Source: Candidatus Marinacidobacterium sp.
GTDB lineage: Bacteria > Acidobacteriota > Vicinamibacteria > Marinacidobacterales > Marinacidobacteraceae
Direction: 5' to 3'
NCBI GenBank assembly: GCA_965220965.1
Contig: OZ244852.1
Span: 2,304,001 to 2,368,000, forward strand
Length of the DNA: 64,000 bases
The notes under the pieces were generated by a model. It saw nothing but the letters and a program-made list of their open reading frames with translations. It made no database searches and was not told the DNA's origin. Positions within the stretch are counted from its first letter, which is position 1, and each line of letters starts with the position of its first letter. The position numbers and the translations under genes were made by a program. Shown in pieces: positions 25,605 to 34,902 of the stretch.

Positions 25605-28493
25605 TCAGAACTCGATCCGGACGCCGAGGCGGAAGACCCTCGGGTCGAGGATCGCCACGATCTCGTTGTAGCGGGAGCCCGAGATCGTGCGGTAGTTGAG
25701 CACCGTGGAGCTGTTCGTCAGGTTGAAGCCGTCGAACAGCACGGCCAGGTTGGCGCCCTGCGGCAAGCTGAACGACTTTTCGGCCCGCATGTCGAAGATC
25801 CCCACGTTCGGGGCGCGATCGGGATACCCGTTCGCCATGACGCGCTCGGTCCCGGCGTTCGGGAGCCGGACGCTGATCCGGCGACCGGTCTGGTAGCCGC
25901 TCTGGAGCTTGTAGGACGCGCTGACCCCGATGTCGTAGGGGAAGATGTAGCGGCCCACCAGCTTGTAGTTCCAGTAGGTCGTATCGATCGGCCCGAGGCG
26001 GAGCGACTGGTTGGCCCGCCACTCGTAGGTCGTGCCCTCGACGAAGTCGAACCGCGCGGCTGCGCGGACGCTCGTCGAGGAAGTCGTCCGCATATAGGCG
26101 TTCGCCCAGGTGTGCAGGAACGAGGTCAGGAACATCCAGCGGTCGGCGAAGCGGCGGTTCAGCGCGACCTCCACCGTGTGGTAGTTCCCGTCCGGATCCG
26201 GCAGACCGTAGGCGCCCGGGTTCACGTACATCCGGTTCTCCTCGACGCCCGGCTGCCGATCCATGAGCTGGATCAACTGGTCGTCGGAGGTCCCGGCGAC
26301 GTTGTCCGGGCCTGAGTCCTCATAGGTGTAGGGGACGCTGTAGGCGAAGGCCCGGTTCAGGTCCACGATCCCGTAGCCGTTCCTCGAGTTCTTGTGGACG
26401 TAGGAGCCGCGGAACGAGAAGTTGTCGGCGAGCTGCTGCTCGAAGTGCGCCGACATCTCGTGTCCGTAGGCGTTCGTGAGGTTCGGGTCGACGGTCACGA
26501 AGCCGGCGCCGCCGAGCGTGCTCAGCTTGTCGCCCAGCTCCGGCGAGTCGGCGAGCCCACCGCTCGGACCGGGATCGACCAGCCCGTTCCCGTTCAGGTC
26601 GTTGAAGTCGTAGCGGAACGCCGCCTGGCCCACCGGGTTCTCGTCGTCCACGATCGTCGTGCTCGGGTTCCAGTAGAAGCGCCCGTAGAACAGCTTGAGC
26701 ACCGTCTGGCCTTCACCGGTCAGATCGAAGGCGGCGCCGAGGCGGGGCCCGATGTTCGACATCGTGAGGACGTCGCGCTGCGAGACCTGGAGCGCCGGGA
26801 AGATGTCCGAGTGGGTGGGTGACATCTCCTGGTCCGGCCAGCCCATGACGTAGCGGTCGAAGCGGGCGCCGAGGTTCAGCGTCAGGCGGTTGTTGATCGT
26901 CCACGAGTCCTGGATGTAGGCCGCCGTCAGCAGGATGTCGTTCACCCCGGTGTTCGGGGTGTTGTAGATGTCCACTTCGGAGGGAACGCCCTCGCGATCC
27001 CGGTAGAAGATGTCCCCCGGCTGCATCCGCAGGAAGCTGCGGCGCTCCCGGTAGATCTCTGTCCCCAGCTTGATCGTGTGCTGGCCGCCCCAGTCGTCGG
27101 CGAACCAGGTCAGGTTGCCGGAGAGCTGTGGCTTCGTGACTCGCCGCAGGTGGTAGTAGTTGTTGGCGTTCGTCAGGTCGCCGGTGGTGAGCTCGGTCCT
27201 TCCGGCGGGAAGTCCCTCCACGCTCTCGGTCTGGGTCAACTGGTGGAAGAGCGGGAACTGGTTGATCCAGTGGCTGAGCTGCAGGTTCAGGAAGACCTGA
27301 TCGGTGACTACGTTGGTGTACTCGAGCTTCATCGGCTTGTTGACCGAACTCTGGTACCAGGAAGCATCGAGCGGCACCGACGGCCCGAGGTTGCGTTCCG
27401 CCTGGAGCTTCGTCCGGCGGTTGAAGAAGCCGATGAGCTGGCTCGAGTCGGTGAGCTGGTAGGTCGCCTTCGCCGTCCAGTTCCCGAGCTGGGTCGTCGC
27501 CGGATCCGGGTTGCCGATCGTCAGCTTCTCCTGGTGATTCAGGCGGTAGCCGCCGTAGAACCAGGCCTTGCCGGGATAGATCGGACCTCCGATCCCGATG
27601 TTGATGTCGCTCTGGAGGGTGATCGGGTTGCCCGCCTCGAGGCCGCTCCCTCCGGCCTTGTAGGGCCCCTGGGTCCCGCCGCCGGTCCGGAGCGCGTCCG
27701 GCACGTTGTCGCCGACGGTGGCGTCGTTCTCGAAGTCGACGTAGATGTCGCCGGTGAAGCGGTCGCCGCCGGACTTGACCGTGAGGTTGAAGAACGCCCC
27801 GAGCCCGTGGGTCTCGCCCATGTTCCCCGAGCCGCCGAGCTGGAAGTCCTCGAAGCTGCCGTAGTCGAAGTAACCGGCGTTCCCCGAGGTCGTCTCGGTG
27901 ACGTTGATGCCCTCGAGGAGCGTCCGGTGCTGGTCACCGAAGCCGAACGCCTGGAAACCGGTCTGGGTGCCGGTGTGAGAACCGCCAACGTCGTACCCCT
28001 CCATCTGGAAGCCGGGCGCCTGCGCCATCGCGGCCCAGATGTCCCGCGCGTTCGGGATGTCCTCGAGGAGCTCCTCGGTGAAGTTCACGCCGGTGGCGGT
28101 CGTCTTGACATCCACCACCGGGGCCTCGCCGGTGATCGTGATGACCTCCTCGAGTCCGCCGACCTCGAGGGTGGCGTTCACCGTGAGCGTCGTGTTCAGC
28201 GTCATCCGGATGTCCTCGCGGACCACCGAGCGGAAGCCCGAGAGCGCGAACGTCACGGTGTAGACGCCGGTGGGGAGCGCCGGAAACGCGTAGGTCCCCT
28301 GGCTCCCGGTCACGACCGTCTGGTCCTGGATCAGCGCGGTGCTCGACGCCGTCACCGACGCTCCGGGAATGACCGCCCCGGTTGCGTCGCTCACCGTGCC
28401 GACGAGCCGGCCCCGCAACTCCTGCGCGCCGGCGGGCGCGGCAAGCGCCACCGCAATCCCGAGGATCGCGAGCCTGGTAAATCGTCTGCGCAT
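25605..28493 (-). CDS. TonB-dependent receptor with N-terminal carboxypeptidase-regulatory-like domain (Oar-like, acidobacterial)
   Basis: GTVSDATGAVIPGASVT, VKSGGDRFTG, QDSWTINNRLTLNLGARFD, PRLGAAFDLTG, C-terminal PRVFRLGVRIEF. Confidence 0.92.
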   Translation of the reverse strand: MRRRFTRLAILGIAVALAAPAGAQELRGRLVGTVSDATGAVIPGASVTASSTALIQDQTVVTGSQGTYAFPALPTGVYTVTFALSGFRSVVREDIRMTLNTTLTVNATLEVGGLEEVITITGEAPVVDVKTTATGVNFTEELLEDIPNARDIWAAMAQAPGFQMEGYDVGGSHTGTQTGFQAFGFGDQHRTLLEGINVTETTSGNAGYFDYGSFEDFQLGGSGNMGETHGLGAFFNLTVKSGGDRFTGDIYVDFENDATVGDNVPDALRTGGGTQGPYKAGGSGLEAGNPITLQSDINIGIGGPIYPGKAWFYGGYRLNHQEKLTIGNPDPATTQLGNWTAKATYQLTDSSQLIGFFNRRTKLQAERNLGPSVPLDASWYQSSVNKPMKLEYTNVVTDQVFLNLQLSHWINQFPLFHQLTQTESVEGLPAGRTELTTGDLTNANNYYHLRRVTKPQLSGNLTWFADDWGGQHTIKLGTEIYRERRSFLRMQPGDIFYRDREGVPSEVDIYNTPNTGVNDILLTAAYIQDSWTINNRLTLNLGARFDRYVMGWPDQEMSPTHSDIFPALQVSQRDVLTMSNIGPRLGAAFDLTGEGQTVLKLFYGRFYWNPSTTIVDDENPVGQAAFRYDFNDLNGNGLVDPGPSGGLADSPELGDKLSTLGGAGFVTVDPNLTNAYGHEMSAHFEQQLADNFSFRGSYVHKNSRNGYGIVDLNRAFAYSVPYTYEDSGPDNVAGTSDDQLIQLMDRQPGVEENRMYVNPGAYGLPDPDGNYHTVEVALNRRFADRWMFLTSFLHTWANAYMRTTSSTSVRAAARFDFVEGTTYEWRANQSLRLGPIDTTYWNYKLVGRYIFPYDIGVSASYKLQSGYQTGRRISVRLPNAGTERVMANGYPDRAPNVGIFDMRAEKSFSLPQGANLAVLFDGFNLTNSSTVLNYRTISGSRYNEIVAILDPRVFRLGVRIEF

Positions 28494-28643
28494 CAGTCAC
28501 CTCCCGGGGACACGAAGAAAACCGAGTATAGGGACCCGCCGGAAGGGCATTCAAACGCGGCCCGGCCGGGCGCGACCCCCGGGTTCCGGGCTGCCCGCCG
28601 ACCCACCATCGGGGCGCCGGACGCGTGCTACGTTCGCTTCGCC

Positions 28644-29717
28644 GTGAGCCACCTGCAGAGCTTCCGCGTGATCCACTACCGGGGTCTCGACGGGCTGGGG
28701 CTCCCGCGCATGGCGCCGCGCGTCAACCTGATCACCGGCCGGAACGGCGCGGGCAAGACCGCGTTGCTTGAAGCGCTCTGGCTCTTCCACGGAAGGTTCA
28801 ACCCGGCTCTCGTCTGGAATCAGAATGTTCGGAGGAGCCCCGAAGTTCCTCTCGACCCGGTGAAGGCGCTGGCCGCGAACGGGATCGAACTCGAGGGCGA
28901 AGAGGGTGGGCAGCTCTGCAGCTACCGCCTCGAGTTCGTTCCGTCCAGGAGCGCGGAAGCCCGGGATCACGGCTCACCGCAGAACGGCGCCCCGGCCGGA
29001 AACGGATCGGAAGAGGCTGCGACCAGTGTCCAGGGGCGGCTCCGGGTCTGGCGCGACGGTGAGGAACTCGGCGTACAGCAGGGGTTCGAGGTCCAGCCGA
29101 CTCTCGGGGGGCCGGTAATGCACCCCGCCGCCTCCTCGCGGGCCGGAAGGGCTCCGGGCGTGATCGAAGGGGGACTGCAGAATCCCCTCTCGCTGAGCGA
29201 CGAACTCCTGAAGCGCTACTCCGAGGTCGTCCGTTCGCGGCGCAAGGCGGAACTCCTCGATGTCCTTTCGGCGCTGGATGCCGACCTCGTGGAGATCGAG
29301 ATCCTCAAGGACGAGGCGGGGGACCGCGTGTGGGCGACAACGGCCGATGGGAGCTTCAGGCCGCTGAACGACCTGGGTGGCGGGATGGTCCGACTGTTCC
29401 GGCTCGCCGCGAGCATCGCGGGCGCGCGCGGCGGCGTCCTCGTGGTGGACGAGATCGAGAATGGCCTCCACTACTCGGTCCTCACCGGGTTCTGGCGGCG
29501 GCTGCAGCGGATGGCGAGCGCGGCTGACGTGCAGGTGTTCGCCGCGACCCACAGCCACGAATGCATCGACGCGGCCATCACCTCGTTCGGTGAGGAGTCC
29601 GAGGACCTCGCGGTTCATGGGCTCTATCGCGAGCACGGCGCCGGGCCGGTCGCCGCCACGTTCCACACCGGCTCGAACCTGGCGGCGGCGCGCGACCTGG
29701 ATTTCGAGCTGCGGTAG
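28644..29717 (+). CDS. AAA_21/AAA_15-type (ABC-like) ATPase, copy 1, no partner gene
   Basis: Walker A GRNGAGKT, LGGGM, Walker B VVDEIENGLH, ATHS; GTG 28644. Confidence 0.85.
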   Translation: MSHLQSFRVIHYRGLDGLGLPRMAPRVNLITGRNGAGKTALLEALWLFHGRFNPALVWNQNVRRSPEVPLDPVKALAANGIELEGEEGGQLCSYRLEFVPSRSAEARDHGSPQNGAPAGNGSEEAATSVQGRLRVWRDGEELGVQQGFEVQPTLGGPVMHPAASSRAGRAPGVIEGGLQNPLSLSDELLKRYSEVVRSRRKAELLDVLSALDADLVEIEILKDEAGDRVWATTADGSFRPLNDLGGGMVRLFRLAASIAGARGGVLVVDEIENGLHYSVLTGFWRRLQRMASAADVQVFAATHSHECIDAAITSFGEESEDLAVHGLYREHGAGPVAATFHTGSNLAAARDLDFELR

Positions 29718-29838
29718 CTCGTGACGGGACCCCGGGAACGCATCGGGGTTCGGCAAAACCGGGTGCGGTGGAGGCGGCGGCAAGCGCCATCCGAAAGGAC
29801 AGGCGCCGTGGCCTCGCAACAGAGCCGCCCTGTTCGTT

Positions 29839-30059
29839 TATTTCAACTTTACCCTCCTGATTGAAATAGCGACATCCGTTATTTCAACAATCGCCCCACG
29901 CAGCAAGGCCGACGGACCCGTCTCTCCGGCGTATCGTCAGTATTCCAATATCGGCTATATTTCTGAAATAACGGCTTCCCTTATTTCAATGCTTACCCTT
30001 CTGGCTCGACGTATTTCAGAGTCACCCCGGAATTGACATAAGCCGAAGCGCTATTTCAA
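29839..30059. repeat. Three copies of a tripartite AT-rich motif TATTTCAA-N13/14-TTGAAATA-N11-TATTTCAA upstream of the Fic gene
   Basis: Units at 29839-29887, 29941-29989 and 30012-30059; boxes and spacing conserved, spacer sequences unrelated. Confidence 0.85.
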
Positions 30060-30082
30060 ACCCCGACGCAGGATCGCGACGC

Positions 30083-31255
30083 ATGCGACGAACGACCGGC
30101 GCCTACCGGGTCATCTCCACGATCGGGGAAGAAGTCCGCGCCTTTGTCCCGGCGCCCTTGCCCCCTCGACCGCCGCTCAGCCTGGACGGCCCGCTCCTGC
30201 GGACGCTCGAGAGCGCGAACCTTGCCCTCGGACGCCTGGACGGCATCTCGGCGCTTCTCCCGGATCCGGCCCTCCTGTACGCCTACGTACGCCGGGAAGC
30301 CGTCCTCTCGTCACAGATCGAGGGGATCCAGTCCTCGTTGTCCAACCTCCTCCTCTTCGAACTGGAGGAGGCGCCGGGAGCGCCCCTCGACGATGTTCGC
30401 GAGGTCTCGAACCACGTAGCGGCCCTCGAACACGGCCTCCGGCGCCTGGGGGAGGGTTTTCCCCTCTCGAACCGCCTGATCCGGGAAATCCACGGTGTCC
30501 TGCTTGCGGATGGCCGGGGCGGCGACAAGAACCCCGGCGAATTTCGCCGCTCGCAGAACTGGATCGGTGGGACGCGACCCGGCAACGCCCACTTCGTCCC
30601 GCCGCCGCCGGAGGACATGCCCGACTGCCTGACGGCGTGGGAACGGTTCCTTCACGACGAGGCGGATGGGCTGCCGATCCTGGTTCGCGCCGGTCTCGCC
30701 CACGCGCAGTTCGAGACGATCCACCCGTTCCTGGACGGGAACGGCAGGGTTGGTCGGCTGCTCGTCACGCTCCTTCTGTGTCAGGCCGGCGTCCTCCGGC
30801 AGCCCCTTCTCTATCTCAGCCTCTACCTCAAGGAGCATCGCGCGACCTACTACGAACAGCTCGACGACATCCGGCGGATCGGCGACTGGGAGGCGTGGAT
30901 CCTGTTCTTCCTGGAGGGTGTGCATCAGGTCGCAGAACACGCCGTCGCCACCGCGGACCGCCTCTCCGGGATGTTCCAGCGCGACCGGGACCGGCTGTCA
31001 CGGTTGGCGGGCCGCCGGGCAGGTTCGGCGATTCGCCTTCACGAGGCGCTGAAGGAGCGTCCGATCCTCTCCGTCAGGGCCGCGCGCGCGAGGACCCGCC
31101 TGTCCTACGGGACGGCGAACTCGGCGATGAGCACTCTCGTGCGGCACGGGATCGCCCGCGAGGTCACGGGCCAGCGCCGGAACCGCCTGTTCGTCTACGA
31201 CGCCTACCTCGCCGAGCTCGACGAGGGAGCCGGGAGGTCGACCCGGACGGCGTAG
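30083..31255 (+). CDS. Fic family protein with N-terminal inhibitory motif and C-terminal HTH-like region
   Basis: Canonical HPFLDGNGRVGR; EAVLSSQIEG ((S/T)xxxE(G/N)); EVTGQRRNRLF. Confidence 0.93.
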   Translation: MRRTTGAYRVISTIGEEVRAFVPAPLPPRPPLSLDGPLLRTLESANLALGRLDGISALLPDPALLYAYVRREAVLSSQIEGIQSSLSNLLLFELEEAPGAPLDDVREVSNHVAALEHGLRRLGEGFPLSNRLIREIHGVLLADGRGGDKNPGEFRRSQNWIGGTRPGNAHFVPPPPEDMPDCLTAWERFLHDEADGLPILVRAGLAHAQFETIHPFLDGNGRVGRLLVTLLLCQAGVLRQPLLYLSLYLKEHRATYYEQLDDIRRIGDWEAWILFFLEGVHQVAEHAVATADRLSGMFQRDRDRLSRLAGRRAGSAIRLHEALKERPILSVRAARARTRLSYGTANSAMSTLVRHGIAREVTGQRRNRLFVYDAYLAELDEGAGRSTRTA

Positions 31256-31479
31256 CGATCGGAGTCCGGGACCAGCGCACCGCTCCCCCAACCGCCTCCC
31301 GGCCCGTGCGGAAGGTTCAGGTTCGACGGCGCCGGCCACAGGAAGCCAACCGCCCCGGCCCACCTCCGCTTCTTGCGCTCGGTCAATGAGAGATCCGGCT
31401 CGGGCGACCAAGGATCCGGAGCCCTCGCGTAGCGACCGACCGGGGTTGGCGCGAGCACTCCCGCGACCGCCGTTCTGCT

Positions 31480-31701
31480 TCACAGGTACTTCCGCGAGAG
31501 CGCCCGAAAGCGACCGTCGTCCCGCTGGGCCGGCCGGAAGCGGCCTCGCCAGCGGGTCGCGAACGAGACGGTCGGCTCGTTCACGATCTCTCGGAGAGCC
31601 GCTTCCACCAGGGAGGACAGGGACAGCCCGCGAACGCGGGCGGATCGCCTGGCGCGGTGAAGGAGATCGGCGTCGAGGGTGAGCGTCAGTTTCGCCTTCA
31701 T
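31480..31701 (-). CDS. Ribbon-helix-helix antitoxin-like protein (DUF6364-like), no adjacent toxin
   Basis: MKAKLTLTLDADLLHRARRSARVRGLSLSSLVEAAL...KYL*. Confidence 0.75.
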   Translation of the reverse strand: MKAKLTLTLDADLLHRARRSARVRGLSLSSLVEAALREIVNEPTVSFATRWRGRFRPAQRDDGRFRALSRKYL

Positions 31702-31757
31702 CGCGGAGACCCGGGAGGGTAGGTCGTAGCCCCGAAGTGATCCAGCACCTCCGAGGG

Positions 31758-31797
31758 CGTGGCGCCCGGGACGACTGATTCCCGCCCGGGGCGCCAC
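31758..31797. terminator. GC-rich inverted repeat downstream of the amidohydrolase gene
   Basis: GTGGCGCCCGGG...CCCGGGGCGCCAC. Confidence 0.35.
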
Positions 31798-31823
31798 ATG
31801 GCCGCGCTGGCCCCGGCGCCGCG

Positions 31824-33098
31824 CTACGGCGTCTTGACGATCCGGCCGGCGCGCATCACGAACCTCACGTCCTCCATGACGCGGATGTCCTCAAGCGGAT
31901 TCCCTTCCACCGCGATCACGTCGGCCGCGAATCCGTCGGTGATCCGGCCAATCTCGTCCTCGAGACCGAGCGTCCTCGCCGCGACGGTCATGGCCGAACG
32001 CAGCGCGTCCGTCGGGCTCAGCCCGATCCCCACCATGACGGCGAATTCCCGCGCCGCCGTCCCATGCGGGAAGATCGTGTCCGAGCCGAACGCCACCGGG
32101 ACACCCGCGGAGAATGCGGCCCCGATCCGCCGGTCGCGCTCCTCGATCAGCTCCCGCGCCTTCTGGATGCTCTCGCGGGGGAAGCCGATCGCCTCGCCCT
32201 CCTCGAGAATGTAGTTCATGACGTAGAGGGTGGGCACCATCGGGACGCCGCGCTCGATGAAGAGCCGGATCCCTTCCTCGTCCACCAGGGTGGCGTGCTC
32301 CACCGAGTCCACGCCCGCCCGGAGCGCGGTGTTGATCCCGGCGGCCCCGTGGGCGTGAACGGTGATCTTCTTCTGATGGCGGTGGACCTCCTCCACCGCG
32401 GCGCGCACCTCCTCCTCGGTGTAGGTGCTGACGTTCGGGTTGTCGCCGGCGGACATCACCCCGCCGGTCATCATGAGCTTGATCCAGTCTGCGCCGAATT
32501 TGAACTCCCGCCGGATCTCGAGTCGCAGGCCCTCGGGGCCGTCGGCGATCCGCGTCGGCGTCTCGATATGGAGGTCGGACATCAGGTTGTTGAAGTCCCC
32601 GTGCCCCCCGGTCGCCGAGATCGCGTGCGGCGCGACGAGCAGCCGGGGACCGATGTGGTCGCCGCGGGCGATCGCGTTCCGGAGGTCGACAGTGGCGTAA
32701 TAGCCGTCGAATTCCCCCGGGCTGCGGAGCGTCGTGAACCCCGCCTGGAGCATCTCCTGCGCGTTCTTCAGGGCGTCGAGCGCCCGGGCGGCGCTCGAAC
32801 GGTTCATGTCGAGGGCAGTCAGCGTGTCGGGGTTGATCGTGAGGTGGGCGTGGAGGTCGATGAGCCCGGGTAGACAGGTCAGACCGGAGAGGTCCACGAC
32901 CTCCCCGCCGGACCCGCCCGCAGGTTCCACCGCGGTGATCCGGCCGCCCGCCACCACCACATCCGCGGCGCCCCCGGCGCTTTCGCCGTCGAAGAGCGCG
33001 CCGCACCGGAGGCGCGTCTCCTGCGCCGCCGCCGGGGCTGCGACGAGCGCCGCCGCCGCCGCGAGGATCGCCGGAAAGGGAACGGGGATGCGTTTCAT
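31824..33098 (-). CDS. Metal-dependent amidohydrolase (Xaa-Pro dipeptidase-like), exported
   Basis: LPGLIDLHAHL, AGFTTLR, GADWIK, VHAHG, SVEHA, AFGSD; ATGA overlap with the GGT-like gene. Confidence 0.9.
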   Translation of the reverse strand: MKRIPVPFPAILAAAAALVAAPAAAQETRLRCGALFDGESAGGAADVVVAGGRITAVEPAGGSGGEVVDLSGLTCLPGLIDLHAHLTINPDTLTALDMNRSSAARALDALKNAQEMLQAGFTTLRSPGEFDGYYATVDLRNAIARGDHIGPRLLVAPHAISATGGHGDFNNLMSDLHIETPTRIADGPEGLRLEIRREFKFGADWIKLMMTGGVMSAGDNPNVSTYTEEEVRAAVEEVHRHQKKITVHAHGAAGINTALRAGVDSVEHATLVDEEGIRLFIERGVPMVPTLYVMNYILEEGEAIGFPRESIQKARELIEERDRRIGAAFSAGVPVAFGSDTIFPHGTAAREFAVMVGIGLSPTDALRSAMTVAARTLGLEDEIGRITDGFAADVIAVEGNPLEDIRVMEDVRFVMRAGRIVKTP

Positions 33099-34795
33099 TC
33101 CGCCTCCGCCATGCTGCAGCGGCGGGGGTCGCCGCAGCCGCGACGGTCGCCGTCCGCATCGAGGTGGATCCCCTCGAAGGATCCGTGATGCCAGTTCCAG
33201 GGGTTCACGACGTCGAAGCGGATCCCGCGGGCCGCCACCGCCTCGCGGACCGCCTCCGGGAAGTCGGCCTCGATCAGCACGGCCCCGGGAGTCGTGAGGG
33301 ATGGCCCTCCGAAGCGGGGCCGGTTCACCGATTCGCCCACCGGAACCCCGAATTGCAGAACGTTCAGGCTGTTCTGCAGGCAGTTCTGGAGCAGGCTCAC
33401 GCTCGGCGAGCCGGAGGCCATGACCGGGCGGTCGTCGCGGAAGATGATGTTGGGCGCGACGTAGGCCGAGATCCGGTGGCCGGGACGCGGCATGACGCGG
33501 AGGAAGTGGGCCCCCGCGGCGCAGATGCTGACCCCTTCGGCGAACAGGCCGTTGCTCCAGGGATAGGACATGCAGGAGTGGAGGATGGTGGCCACGTTCC
33601 CGTCGGCGTCGACCACGGTGACGTGGTTGCTTCCGGCGGGAGGCGGCGGCTCGCCCGCCGGCGCCACCGGATGGCCCATCTGGAGGAGGTCGAACCGCAT
33701 CCGCGCGTAGTCCTTCGAGAGGATCGTCTCGAGCGGCAGCGGGTGGCTCTCCGGATCGTTCTGGCGACCCCCCTCGGAATAGACGAGGTGGCTCACCCGG
33801 ACCATCTGGAGCAGGCTCTCGGCCGACTCCGTCGGAGGGCCGAGCCGTTCCAGATCGAGGAACTCCAGCATGTGGAGCATCTCGATCAGGTGCGTGCCCC
33901 CATTGTCGGGGGGCGGCGACCCGGCGATCTTCAGGCCGCGGTAGTCGCCCCACGCCGGCTCCTGCCAGCGAGGTTCCCAGCGGGCGAAGTCGTCGGGGGT
34001 CAGGACGCCTCCGGCGGCCTGGACCACATCGCACACCCGGCGCGCGAAGTCGCCCCGGTAGAAGTAGTCGTTCCCCTCTTCGGCGAGCCGCTCGAGCGTG
34101 TCGGCGGCCCGCTTCTGGTAGAGCATCGCGCCGGGACGCGGCACGGCGCCCCCGTCGAAGAAGATCTCCCGGCCGGCGGCGGTCCTCCCGATCTTCTCCG
34201 ACTGGATGAAGATCTCGCCCCACAGGAAGGGGTGGGTCTCGAACCCGTCGCGGGCGTAGGCGATCGCTCCGGCCATCAGATCCTTGCGGGGAAGGCTCCC
34301 GTGGCGATCGTGCGCCGCCTCGAAGCCGCCCCACCAGCCCGGGACCGCCACCCCGCGTCCGGTGGCGAGGTCGTGCGCCCCGAAACCGGGCAGCGGCGCC
34401 ATCGGGGTGTTCACGTTCCCGTTGACGTAGGTCGTCTCGCCGGTTGCGGCGTCGTGGTAGAGCTGCGACAGGCACCCGGTGATCGTCGTCATGTGCGGCT
34501 CGACCACCGTCTGGGTGATCGAGGCGGCGAGCGCCGCGTCGCAGGCGTTTCCGCCGCGGCGGAGCACCTCGACCGCCTCGCGGGTGGCGAGCGGGTGCGA
34601 GGTGATCGCCATCCCGCCCCGACCTTCGGCGGGAGACTTCCGGCCGAAGTGGGCCAGATCGATCAGACGGCGCCGCTCGGCGGCGTCGGGGAGCGTCGCG
34701 GCCCCGGCGGCGGTCCGCGGCGTGGCGAAGGCCGCCCCGGCGAGACCGGCGCCGGCGCTCTGGAGAAAGCGGCGGCGGGTGGGAGACGTTGCCAT
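33095..34795 (-). CDS. Gamma-glutamyltransferase-family Ntn hydrolase with Tat signal; non-canonical nucleophile site
   Basis: TRRRFL, HPLATREAVEVLRRGGNACDAA, AVPG, PPPDNGG, GSNHVTVVDADGN. Confidence 0.85.
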   Translation of the reverse strand: MATSPTRRRFLQSAGAGLAGAAFATPRTAAGAATLPDAAERRRLIDLAHFGRKSPAEGRGGMAITSHPLATREAVEVLRRGGNACDAALAASITQTVVEPHMTTITGCLSQLYHDAATGETTYVNGNVNTPMAPLPGFGAHDLATGRGVAVPGWWGGFEAAHDRHGSLPRKDLMAGAIAYARDGFETHPFLWGEIFIQSEKIGRTAAGREIFFDGGAVPRPGAMLYQKRAADTLERLAEEGNDYFYRGDFARRVCDVVQAAGGVLTPDDFARWEPRWQEPAWGDYRGLKIAGSPPPDNGGTHLIEMLHMLEFLDLERLGPPTESAESLLQMVRVSHLVYSEGGRQNDPESHPLPLETILSKDYARMRFDLLQMGHPVAPAGEPPPPAGSNHVTVVDADGNVATILHSCMSYPWSNGLFAEGVSICAAGAHFLRVMPRPGHRISAYVAPNIIFRDDRPVMASGSPSVSLLQNCLQNSLNVLQFGVPVGESVNRPRFGGPSLTTPGAVLIEADFPEAVREAVAARGIRFDVVNPWNWHHGSFEGIHLDADGDRRGCGDPRRCSMAEAE

Positions 34796-34902
34796 CGGGG
34801 AACCTCCGGGGAAGCGAAGCTACCAGACGGTCGCGGATCCGGGCGCCGGGATGCGGCTGCGCCCGTCGGTAGACTGCCCACCGCCCGAAAGGCGGCCCCC
34901 CC

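Noticed and set aside
29839-30059. Repeat array as a CRISPR array or Fur/Zur box
   Set aside because: Repeats are 8-bp boxes in alternating orientation with 11-14 bp gaps, no cas genes are present, and the spacing does not match Fur/Zur consensus palindromes.
30998-31483. ORF coupled to the DUF6364-like gene as its toxin
   Set aside because: No PIN/RelE motifs, low complexity, and it overlaps the Fic 3' end antisense.
28500-31800. Prophage or integrated mobile island around ATPase-Fic-antitoxin
   Set aside because: No integrase, transposase, tRNA target or flanking direct repeats were seen.
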